Below are positions 25,588 to 34,190 of a stretch of 64,000 nt of DNA, piece by piece. Source of the DNA: Candidatus Enterocola intestinipullorum. GTDB lineage: Bacteria; Bacteroidota; Bacteroidia; Bacteroidales; Paludibacteraceae. Location: positions 3,501-67,500 of the forward strand of contig JADIMR010000033.1 of assembly GCA_017694565.1 (NCBI GenBank). Direction: 5' to 3'. Under the pieces are notes generated by a model. It made no database searches. It was given only the letters and a program-made list of their open reading frames with translations, and was not told where the DNA came from. Made by a program: the position numbers and the translations under genes. Positions within the stretch are counted from its first letter, which is position 1. Every line of letters begins with the position of its first letter.

Positions 25588-27723
25588 TTACAAAAATTCA
25601 AAATGTTTGTAATATTCAGGTTTTGCATGGCCCAAATCCAAACCCTTGTCATAGGAATAGGACAAATCTGGTACTACAAAAGGGTAAGAACCTTTCTCTA
25701 TAACTTGTAAATCATTAAACCTAATGGATTGAAAACTGACCGGGATTTCCATTGCCGATCTCTCCATAGCATTGCCTTTACGGTAGGTTTCGACATCCGA
25801 TTCCACTATGCAAACAGCAGAATTCATATCTAAAAAATCCATCAATACAGATTTGGCATTATGGCGCAGCTTTTTTATCACCCATTTGCCATTCTTGAAA
25901 GCGACCCCTGAATAATCTATATTCATAAACTTGTCATCTGGATAAACCGTATCCAACATTTCTTGAATACTTTTTTCTTCCAAAACAGAATTGTCCGGTA
26001 AAACGTCATAACTTTCTCGTAATATTTCCTCTTTATATGGAAGTACCTCTTTACCTGAATGTGGATACAGTACATAAATAGGTTTATATCTGCCAATTGA
26101 TTGTCTTGTGCGTTTTCGGTTTACCCGGCCGAAACGTTGTATCATAGCATCGATTGGAGCGCATTCCGTTATCATCATATCAAAGTTTATATCCAAACTC
26201 ACCTCCACAACTTGGGTCGAAACCACTATGCAAGCCTTGTGACCTGCACTATAGCGGTTTGTTAGAATTTCTTCCAATTGTTGCCGGTCTTTCCTCTTGA
26301 AATGACTATGGATCAGCATAATCGGAATGTTCGGATATTCGGCTTTCAGTGATGAATAAAGTTCTTGAGCCCTCTTTACCTGATTACATACTACAAGTAT
26401 CTTTTGATCTTTTTGAAGCGCGGAATCCATATCTTTTCCTACTGCAGCGAAATTTTCCGCTTTATGGATTTCGTGCCTGTCGAACAATGACAATTCGTCT
26501 TCCGGCAAGGCGACCTCGTAAACTTGGGACGGACCGCCCAAAATTGCCAGAATCCTGTCATACAACACCTTAGGCATTGTTGCTGTTCCCACATGCACCT
26601 TGCATCCCACATTTACCAATATTTCAATAATTCGCAAAACTATGGCTTGAATTTCACATGAATAGGTGTGAATCTCATCCAAAATCACATCGCAACCGGC
26701 CAAATCGACCAGCATCGCCTCGTAGCCCTTGATTCCAAAAGCTATGGAAGCCAACTGGTGCGGAGTCATTACCTTTATTGATGCGCCTGCATGCCGTTGC
26801 ATTATACGTTCTTCCCATTTCCCATATTGCAGTTTCATTCCGGACGATGCATGTAACAACCGGATTTGAGCGTTTGTTCCCTTCAAATCCGTTTTGAAAC
26901 GGTCGTACATAGCATTAATTGAAGCTTGGAACGGCAAGGTATAAAAAACTCTTCCTTTGCATCTACGCAACAAAAAATCAGTTTTACCTGCGCCGGTAGG
27001 AGCCGTAACAATAGTGTGCTTGCAATCACTTTCTGACTTTTTCATGGAAAGGGGAAACAAATCATTCCGCCTGTTATAAAAAGTCAAGTCCGGAACAATG
27101 AAGGATTTTTTCAATTCACCAACCGTGAGATTTCCTAATGCCGAAGCCATGTGGTCAGCTTCCATAAGCAACCCTCTCCATTTGGAATATCCATAACCTA
27201 TGTTATTACAATAAGATACTGCATAATCATAATTTTCCTTGGCTTCCTCAATTGAAATCTCATGTACGGTAAATCCAAGCGTATCCAATATTCCCAATGC
27301 AATAGGGCTCCATGACTCAAAACCTTTTGAATGTATGGTAAAACTATCTTCCAAGTCATCCAAATCCAACAAGCCCAATTCTCCGGCATCCTTATAAACT
27401 GATTTGTGGTGGGCGACTACCATCTCCAAAACCCTATTTCTTTCATTTTCTTCAACAAGCGAAAGAAAAAACAACGAAGCTATCTCATGCCTGAATATAA
27501 ACCCGGACGGGCGGACATATCCGTGCCTCAATGTATTTTGAAAAACAGGACTGACTTTGCCGATATCGTGCAATATGGCTCCTTTTCGAGCCGAGGAAAC
27601 ATCAAGACCGACATTGCGTGCTATGGTTTCGGCAGATAATGCGACCAAAGACAAATGTTCGGACAACGGCATAAATCCATCGTCTTCGTGTTTTGCCAAT
27701 ATTTGTCCAAAACCATTCTGCAT
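25588..27723 (-). CDS. cas3: CRISPR-associated helicase/nuclease Cas3 (HD domain fused to SF2 helicase)
   Basis: HD motifs LHDIGK, RHE and AHHK. Helicase motifs TAPTGAGKT, DEIH and GTATMP. The ATG at 27723 forms a TGATG overlap with the cas5 stop; the track start at 27762 would give a 40-nt overlap. Confidence 0.92.
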   Translation of the reverse strand: MQNGFGQILAKHEDDGFMPLSEHLSLVALSAETIARNVGLDVSSARKGAILHDIGKVSPVFQNTLRHGYVRPSGFIFRHEIASLFFLSLVEENERNRVLEMVVAHHKSVYKDAGELGLLDLDDLEDSFTIHSKGFESWSPIALGILDTLGFTVHEISIEEAKENYDYAVSYCNNIGYGYSKWRGLLMEADHMASALGNLTVGELKKSFIVPDLTFYNRRNDLFPLSMKKSESDCKHTIVTAPTGAGKTDFLLRRCKGRVFYTLPFQASINAMYDRFKTDLKGTNAQIRLLHASSGMKLQYGKWEERIMQRHAGASIKVMTPHQLASIAFGIKGYEAMLVDLAGCDVILDEIHTYSCEIQAIVLRIIEILVNVGCKVHVGTATMPKVLYDRILAILGGPSQVYEVALPEDELSLFDRHEIHKAENFAAVGKDMDSALQKDQKILVVCNQVKRAQELYSSLKAEYPNIPIMLIHSHFKRKDRQQLEEILTNRYSAGHKACIVVSTQVVEVSLDINFDMMITECAPIDAMIQRFGRVNRKRTRQSIGRYKPIYVLYPHSGKEVLPYKEEILRESYDVLPDNSVLEEKSIQEMLDTVYPDDKFMNIDYSGVAFKNGKWVIKKLRHNAKSVLMDFLDMNSAVCIVESDVETYRKGNAMERSAMEIPVSFQSIRFNDLQVIEKGSYPFVVPDLSYSYDKGLDLGHAKPEYYKHFEFL

Positions 27724-28280
27724 CAATCGGGAAGTATTTTTCTTCCGTCCACTTCTATCCATCCATACATGGGGGTTCCATCAAACCTGCTATATCCCAC
27801 CAAAAAAGATTGGCTAGATTTACCGAACCGTAGCTCGAATCCTTTTAAATCATTGAAGTTTTCTTCGGTCATTTCATAAATGACACTATCCGGCAACAAG
27901 ATATCTTCATTCCTGCACAAACAAATATGTTGCGAAGACGCATATAACGCATCCTCCCTATTATCAAATGCCAAATACAAAACAGGATTTACCATTATTC
28001 CGCGCTTTAATACCGCAGTACTTCTTGATCCTTTATTTTCATCATAACCGCGCGTCTGCGTCTGCTCTTGTTGAAGGCTTATTGATGAATAAGACAACCG
28101 GTATCTTTTTATCTTACTTATTACACCGATATTCGAAAGTGTTTCAGGGAACAACTTCTTTTCTATGCCTTCCAAGGTCGAAGCAGACAGGAATTGTTGA
28201 CTGTAAGTCGTCTCGTCCCTAACAGCTGTCCAAGGTTTTATAAAACCGAAATTCCCGGTAAATTTTATTACGTAATACAT
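27723..28280 (-). CDS. cas5: Cas5-like RAMP subunit
   Basis: 185 aa from the ATG at 28280 (the track begins at the TTG at 28286). The N-terminal GNFGFIKPWTAVRDETTYSQQFLSASTLEGI resembles the Cas5 beta1-alpha1 signature. LCRNEDILL is near the centre. Confidence 0.55.
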   Translation of the reverse strand: MYYVIKFTGNFGFIKPWTAVRDETTYSQQFLSASTLEGIEKKLFPETLSNIGVISKIKRYRLSYSSISLQQEQTQTRGYDENKGSRSTAVLKRGIMVNPVLYLAFDNREDALYASSQHICLCRNEDILLPDSVIYEMTEENFNDLKGFELRFGKSSQSFLVGYSRFDGTPMYGWIEVDGRKILPD

Positions 28281-28296
28281 ATTCAAATCTTTTACA

Positions 28297-28962
28297 TCAA
28301 TAAATAGCGCCGAATCCTATTCCAGTAGAATTTCCAATACCTACGTTCCATGCAAATTCTTTTGTTTCAGGCTTGGCGAATATATATACCGGGCACATAT
28401 TCGAGGTATTGCATATACCTCTATAACTGGCATATTTTATTTTCTTGTTGGCGTATTCCCTGTCAAATCTAATGTCAACAGATTCATCTGGAATCAGTCC
28501 AGCCGCTTCCATTTTGTGTAGCAGGGTCTCTTTCATCAAATCATCTGCCGTAAGATCCTCATACGTGTAATATTTTGTAACAGGATTTCCTACCTCGTAC
28601 CTTTTTATCAATATGGGACTTCCCAGATAAAATAAATCCCTATTGCTTAGGTCAGGGACCGGCTCTATATTCAAATCAGTTACTACCAATCCATCAAACA
28701 TTAACGGGTCTTTTAAAACCGCAGCCATTACGGCTTTCAACAATTTATCATCATAAAAACTCATAAACCATTGGCTACCTCTCGGAAAATCGAAGCCGCC
28801 GGAAGTTATATGACCTTTATGCAACCATGAAAAAGAATACAACGACAACTTACCATGCTCCTCATTATTACCGAGCCATGAATGGATTCGTCCAACCATT
28901 TTCTTCTGATAATCAAAGGAAACAATGTTGCTATTGGGAGTCGTTTTAATATGTAACCTCAT
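28297..28962 (-). CDS. cas6: Cas6 pre-crRNA endoribonuclease
   Basis: 221 aa. C-terminal glycine-rich loop GIGNSTGIGFGAIY is typical of Cas6. First gene of the effector operon. Confidence 0.8.
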   Translation of the reverse strand: MRLHIKTTPNSNIVSFDYQKKMVGRIHSWLGNNEEHGKLSLYSFSWLHKGHITSGGFDFPRGSQWFMSFYDDKLLKAVMAAVLKDPLMFDGLVVTDLNIEPVPDLSNRDLFYLGSPILIKRYEVGNPVTKYYTYEDLTADDLMKETLLHKMEAAGLIPDESVDIRFDREYANKKIKYASYRGICNTSNMCPVYIFAKPETKEFAWNVGIGNSTGIGFGAIY

Positions 28963-28982
28963 TTTGCATCAAACAAATTAAA

Positions 28983-29001
28983 CAACTTAAAGTTGTGCAA
29001 C
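28983..29001. promoter_or_regulatory. Overlapping palindromes in the cas6/cas4 divergent promoter region
   Basis: CAACTT-A-AAGTTG (28983-28995) overlaps GTTG-TG-CAAC (28992-29001), 21-39 nt upstream of the cas6 ATG. Possible operator; function unknown. Confidence 0.25.
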
Positions 29002-29137
29002 TATAATTCATAAATGATACCACTAATATAGATAATTTTTCTTTTATTTGTTTTTATAAAAAACAACGATATTTCAAACCATGACACAAGCAATATCAAT
29101 TCGATTATTTATGTAAATAATAACGGGACATGGCATT

Positions 29138-29653
29138 ATGCACATAACAGGCACACATTTCAATTACTATCAAGTATGTAAACGAAAACTATGGTTGTTC
29201 GCGAACAGCATCAATATGGAACATTCTTCTGATTTGGTATTTGAAGGCAGACTAATACATGAAAGTTCTTATCCTCAACGTTCGGAAAAATTCGAGGAAA
29301 TTGAAATCGACGGTATAAAAATCGATTTTTACGATACAAGGCAGAAAGTCATTCACGAAATAAAAAAATCCAATAAAATCGAGAAAGCGCATGAGTGGCA
29401 ATTGAAATACTACATTTATGTTTTTGAATGCCACGGCATCAATGGTGTTAGAGGGGTATTGGAATACCCTACATTGAAAAAGACCCGGACGGTAGAATTA
29501 AACGATTCTGACAGACTTGAAATAAAGAAAATACAACAAGATATTCAACAATTGGCAAACAATGATACATGTCCTCCTCTAAAAAAAGGAGGCATGTGCA
29601 AAAATTGCAGTTATTATGATTTTTGTTATACATATGAAGAATACGAGCCATGA
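29138..29653 (+). CDS. cas4: Cas4 (RecB-like exonuclease with Fe-S cluster)
   Basis: 171 aa. N-terminal Cys (YYQVCKRK), a D...E-I-K nuclease core (IDFYD...VIHEIKKS) and C-terminal CKNCSYYDFC. Confidence 0.9.
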   Translation: MHITGTHFNYYQVCKRKLWLFANSINMEHSSDLVFEGRLIHESSYPQRSEKFEEIEIDGIKIDFYDTRQKVIHEIKKSNKIEKAHEWQLKYYIYVFECHGINGVRGVLEYPTLKKTRTVELNDSDRLEIKKIQQDIQQLANNDTCPPLKKGGMCKNCSYYDFCYTYEEYEP

Positions 29654-29740
29654 AAAAACATACTACTTGTTCAATACTATTGCAAGAGTTCCCCAATTTA
29701 TGCCCTTTTTTCCATGAAAAAAACATACTACTTGTTCAAT
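29648..29740 (+). repeat. Direct duplication of the cas1 5' end at the cas4 stop (period 64 bp)
   Basis: CCATGAAAAAACATACTACTTGTTCAAT (29648-29675, A6) versus CCATGAAAAAAACATACTACTTGTTCAAT (29712-29740, A7). Confidence 0.95.
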
Positions 29741-30730
29741 CCTGGCATACTGGAACGTAAAGACAACACTTTGCGATTTACTCCATGCACGGACAATGAC
29801 GATGCCCCACCAGACAACACCCAGTCGCGCTATTTACCCGTTGAAGACATAGGCGATTTTTACGTTTTCGGCTCCCTAAGAGCCAATAGCTCCTTGTTCA
29901 ATTTCTTAGGGCAAAAAGACATAGCCGTACATTTTTTTGACTATTATGAAAATTATACCGGTTCTTTTATGCCTCGTGATTACCTATTATCCGGAAAAAT
30001 GCTGCTTGCGCAAACATCGAACTACCAAAACAAGAAAAAGAGAATGATAATTGCGCGCAAATTCATAGAAGGAGCCGAATTCAACATGGTGAAAAACATT
30101 CAATACTACAACCGTAGAGGAAAAGACCTTGACGGTATCATAATAAAAATGGATGATTTGGCCGCATTGATTCCAAATACCGGAACAACCGAAGAATTGA
30201 TGGGCATCGAAGGTTTGATAAGACAACATTATTATAATGCTTTTGATATAGTGATTAATGACTTCGAGATGGAATCCCGGACAAAGCAACCGCCAAAGAA
30301 TGAAATAAATGCACTAATTTCGTTCGGTAATATGATATGTTATACAATATGTTTGCGTGCCATTCACCAAACTCAACTGAATCCGACTATTAGTTATCTG
30401 CATAATCCCGGGGAAAGAAGATACTCATTGGCTCTTGACATAGCAGAAATATTCAAACCTATCATAGTGGACAGGGTTATTTTTCGTGTTTTGAATAAAA
30501 AAGAAATCCAAGAAAAACATTTTGAAAAAAGTCTGAACGGATGTTTGTTAAATACTTCCGGAAAAAAGATATTTGTAAAAGCAATTGAGGAACGTTTGAG
30601 CGAAACAATACAACATCGTTCATTAAAACGTTCCGTAAGCTATCGACACCTTATAAAACTCGAATGTTATAAATTAGCCAAACATTTGTTGTCAATGGAA
30701 GAATACAAACCTTTTAAAATGTATTGGTGA
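29714..30730 (+). CDS. cas1: Cas1 integrase
   Basis: 338 aa. [28 protein letters not shown] matches the conserved Cas1 H...SL-x-x-D-x-x-E-x-F-(R/K)-P motif. Confidence 0.93.
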   Translation: MKKTYYLFNPGILERKDNTLRFTPCTDNDDAPPDNTQSRYLPVEDIGDFYVFGSLRANSSLFNFLGQKDIAVHFFDYYENYTGSFMPRDYLLSGKMLLAQTSNYQNKKKRMIIARKFIEGAEFNMVKNIQYYNRRGKDLDGIIIKMDDLAALIPNTGTTEELMGIEGLIRQHYYNAFDIVINDFEMESRTKQPPKNEINALISFGNMICYTICLRAIHQTQLNPTISYLHNPGERRYSLALDIAEIFKPIIVDRVIFRVLNKKEIQEKHFEKSLNGCLLNTSGKKIFVKAIEERLSETIQHRSLKRSVSYRHLIKLECYKLAKHLLSMEEYKPFKMYW

Positions 30731-30993
30731 TGTATGTAATTCTAGTTTATGATTTTGGAGAGAAACGAGTCAACAAGATGTTGAAGCTATGTAGAAAATA
30801 TCTGAATTGGATTCAGAACTCGGTATTTGAAGGCGAAATTTCCGAAGCAAGACTAAGAGAAATGTTGTTGCTTAGCGAAAAATTCATGAAAAAGGACGAA
30901 GATAGCATAATAATATTCCGAGGTCCGTCACAGTCTTATTTAGAAAAACAAATTATTGGAAAAGAACGTTCTCCGATTGACTTTTTCATATAA
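30730..30993 (+). CDS. cas2: Cas2
   Basis: MYVILVYDF... beta1 strand with the catalytic Asp. 87 aa from the ATG that overlaps the cas1 stop (TGATG). Confidence 0.9.
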   Translation: MYVILVYDFGEKRVNKMLKLCRKYLNWIQNSVFEGEISEARLREMLLLSEKFMKKDEDSIIIFRGPSQSYLEKQIIGKERSPIDFFI

Positions 30994-31158
30994 AAAAGAA
31001 CAAGCCATGTTGTCTATCAAGCAGAAAAATCGTTGAAAAGTTTCAATAAATCCCGAAAACGATCTTTGACATATTGATACACAACAAGTTATGGGATTGT
31101 CGAATTACAAAGGTTTCTTTATTATCTTTCACCGACAACTTTTATAGGTGTTTTTCAT

Positions 31159-31166
31159 TATCTTTG
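31159..31166 (+). promoter_or_regulatory. Candidate -7 box for pre-crRNA transcription
   Basis: TATCTTTG (TAnnTTTG), 52 nt upstream of the first repeat. It is the same octamer as the purL candidate. Confidence 0.3.
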
Positions 31167-31183
31167 CTTATAATTATGCACTA

Positions 31184-31215
31184 TGCATCAATGGCATAAC
31201 ATCGCCATTGATGCA
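31184..31215 (+). other. Perfect 12-bp inverted repeat abutting the first CRISPR repeat
   Basis: TGCATCAATGGC-ATAACATC-GCCATTGATGCA, followed by GG and then repeat 1 at 31218. Confidence 0.9.
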
Positions 31216-31217
31216 GG

Positions 31218-33369
31218 CTATTAATGCTACTATATAGAATTGAAATCTTATAGCTCCGGTTATGCACAATATAAACGTGTACTATTAATGCTACTATATA
31301 GAATTGAAATCGAAGACCCCGAATGGGACAAGTTATTCTCGCTTTCTATTAATGCTACTATATAGAATTGAAATAACAGAAAATCATTGCCGAAAGATCG
31401 AAGATTGACTATTAATGCTACTATATAGAATTGAAATTCTTATGAGGCAATATTATGAGCAAGGCGCACATCTATTAATGCTACTATATAGAATTGAAAT
31501 TTAGTCCCCATATGCCTATGCAGGCGACAACAAACTATTAATGCTACTATATAGAATTGAAATATATGAGGCTCTCTGCACCTTGTAATTATACCAATTC
31601 TATTAATGCTACTATATAGAATTGAAATACATGCTCGCCTTGTATGTCCCGGCATTCGAAGAAGCTATTAATGCTACTATATAGAATTGAAATAGCCTCC
31701 TGGCGCGCCTTCTCCTGGCTTAGCTGCCTATTAATGCTACTATATAGAATTGAAATCTCGTAATTGGAAGGGTCGGGGTCGAACCACGGCACCTATTAAT
31801 GCTACTATATAGAATTGAAATCGTATGTGTTCTCCGGCGGGTAATACAGCGGGTTGTTCTATTAATGCTACTATATAGAATTGAAATTTCAAAGACGAAG
31901 ATATTCTTCTTCCAAACATGACTATTAATGCTACTATATAGAATTGAAATTGCTGACGGAAAACCTTTTCATGGACAACAGAGACACTATTAATGCTACT
32001 ATATAGAATTGAAATATGTCCGATTCTGATGCTGGTTCGAAAATGGGACAACCTATTAATGCTACTATATAGAATTGAAATATGGAATCTTGACCAATGG
32101 AATCGCGAAAATGAATCTATTAATGCTACTATATAGAATTGAAATCATTTAACGCCTCGTAAAATTCAACTCGAAGCAGTACTATTAATGCTACTATATA
32201 GAATTGAAATTTCTAAAAATGCTGAATATCAGTATGGACGTCAACTATTAATGCTACTATATAGAATTGAAATAGGCCTTGCGGGAACTGCAGCAGGACG
32301 AGAACCATTCTATTAATGCTACTATATAGAATTGAAATGATTATCCATCGTCCTCTGCGTGTTGTCAACAAGAGACTATTAATGCTACTATATAGAATTG
32401 AAATAAGTTATTAGCCATTTGTGTTTGTGTGTACATCTTCTATTAATGCTACTATATAGAATTGAAATTCGGTTCTTTTTTCAGGTACATGCCGTTTTGT
32501 ACCTATTAATGCTACTATATAGAATTGAAATTCCATTCCAGCATCTTGTCTATTTTGACAAGGCCGCTATTAATGCTACTATATAGAATTGAAATTCATA
32601 AGGTCTGTCGGGTGATAGTATCAGTATGTTCTCTATTAATGCTACTATATAGAATTGAAATAAGCTCGTTTCCTTCGCCGCCTGTCCCTTCGGGTCCACT
32701 ATTAATGCTACTATATAGAATTGAAATAACATCGCGAGGTTCTTGACAAGGCAGCGCATTATGCCTATTAATGCTACTATATAGAATTGAAATTGTGCTA
32801 TGCGCGAGCGAAAATCCCGACTACGACCCTATTAATGCTACTATATAGAATTGAAATTTTCGTGCTTATCAATTGGTTTGGAATGAGTACTTCTATTAAT
32901 GCTACTATATAGAATTGAAATAACGGGTATTTAATTAAGGACGTATCGGATACGGCTATTAATGCTACTATATAGAATTGAAATCAAATAATTGATTTAC
33001 AAATATTTGTGGAGATTACCCTATTAATGCTACTATATAGAATTGCAATGCCTGCAAGTCGGGAAGTGCAGAAGTAAAATAATCCTCTATTAATGCTACT
33101 ATATAGAATTGAAATAGAAATGGGTGCAGTCATTGGTGGGTGCGCGTGTCCTATTAATGCTACTATATAGAATTGAAATATAAGGAAATCTTACGCAGTC
33201 TGTCACGTAAACACCTATTAATGCTACTATATAGAATTGAAATCAGTTCTGGCAGCAGGCTCTCGAATTTCCTGTAACTATTAATGCTACTATATAGAAT
33301 TGAAATCAACCGATTGCACGGGCGGCAAACCGAGTGGGATCTATTAATACTACTATATGGAATTGATAT
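31218..33369 (+). CRISPR. CRISPR array, 34 repeats / 33 spacers
   Basis: 29-nt repeat CTATTAATGCTACTATATAGAATTGAAAT. Unit periods of 63-66 nt give spacers of 34-37 nt. Repeat 29 (33021-33049) has A26C. The last repeat (33341-33369), CTATTAATACTACTATATGGAATTGATAT, has 3 mismatches. The 3' ATTGAAAT fits an 8-nt crRNA 5' handle on the plus strand. Confidence 0.98.
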
Positions 33370-33510
33370 AATTTATGCGCTCATAAATTGCTATAACACT
33401 GGAGAACGGGACATCACCTATGGTATAACCCGAACACGGACAATACATTTACCACGAGCAATAATTTGACAAGACTTAATTTTTCCACGCACTTCATGCC
33501 ATATAAATAA

Positions 33511-33565
33511 CCGCGTCCGTTTATATGCGGCGTAGAACGGAATTTGGGCATATAAACGGACGCGG
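33511..33565 (-). terminator. Hairpin downstream of mntP
   Basis: CCGCGTCCGTTTATATG (33511-33527) and CATATAAACGGACGCGG (33549-33565) form a 17-bp perfect stem with a 21-nt loop. The minus strand continues TTATTTATATGG. Confidence 0.45.
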
Positions 33566-33583
33566 CGCAAGGCTGCTGAAAAC

Positions 33584-34183
33584 TCATATCATGGGTAATG
33601 TATGCTCCACCAATATCTTGATGCCTATGGCTATAAGGACGATGCCGCCCAATATATTGAAGCGGAACTTGATTTTCTTGCCGAAATACGATCCGAGCAG
33701 CGACCCTGTAAGCGACATGGCGAAACTTACCATGCCGATTATCAACACTGCCCTGAATATCCATCCGGGTGTAGTGATAAACACCAAACCGGTGGCAAGG
33801 GCATCTATGCTTGTGGCTATGGACAATAACAGGACAAGGCCCATGCCGTAAGACTTGTTACATTCGGGTTCTTGCCCGCAAGCAGGTTTGTCCTCGTCAC
33901 AATTACGCCGCTGCCGCACATCGTCGGTTATCATTTTGATGCCTATCGCCGCCAATATGCCGAACGCTATCCAATGGTCGTAGGCGGCTATGGCATCTGC
34001 AAAACTTATGCCGGCTGCGAAGCCTATCAGGGGCATGAGGCCTTGAAAAATACCGAACGACAAGGCCATTGCAAAAAAATTGGGCAGACTTACTCTGCCC
34101 AATGATGTGGATTTTGCCATTGAAACGGCGAAACAGTCCATGGCGAGACCGAACGCCATAAGAATTACGGTGGTATAATCCAT
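33584..34183 (-). CDS. mntP: Manganese efflux pump MntP family
   Basis: 199 aa and six TM helices. Duplicated motif GLAMDCFAVS / SIDALATG. Confidence 0.88.
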   Translation of the reverse strand: MDYTTVILMAFGLAMDCFAVSMAKSTSLGRVSLPNFFAMALSFGIFQGLMPLIGFAAGISFADAIAAYDHWIAFGILAAIGIKMITDDVRQRRNCDEDKPACGQEPECNKSYGMGLVLLLSIATSIDALATGLVFITTPGWIFRAVLIIGMVSFAMSLTGSLLGSYFGKKIKFRFNILGGIVLIAIGIKILVEHTLPMI

Positions 34184-34190
34184 CTGTTAT

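Larger units (their letters stand above)
30994..31217 (+). promoter_or_regulatory. CRISPR leader (AT-rich, cas2-proximal)
   Basis: 224 bp between the cas2 stop and the first repeat. The degenerate repeat is at the opposite end of the array, so this end is the leader. Confidence 0.75.

Noticed and set aside
27724-27762. Upstream ATG for cas3, giving a 40-nt overlap with cas5
   Set aside because: The TGATG stop/start overlap at 27721-27725 is the more economical coupling arrangement. Kept only as an alternative.
31440-32759. ORFs of 67-103 aa on both strands inside the CRISPR array (repeated FQFYIVALI / LLMLLYRIEI peptides)
   Set aside because: The periodic peptide is just the translated 29-nt repeat. 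These are array artefacts, not genes.
31247-33340. Shared 10-mer AATGGGACAA in spacers 2 and 13; tRNA T-arm-like GGGGTCGAACC in spacer 9; possible self-targeting spacers
   Set aside because: A single shared 10-mer among 33 spacers is about what chance predicts. The T-arm resemblance is short. I found no spacer match elsewhere in the window by eye, though that check was not exhaustive.
34184-34190. yybP-ykoY Mn riboswitch upstream of mntP
   Set aside because: Only 7 nt separate mntP from tkt, so no riboswitch can fit.
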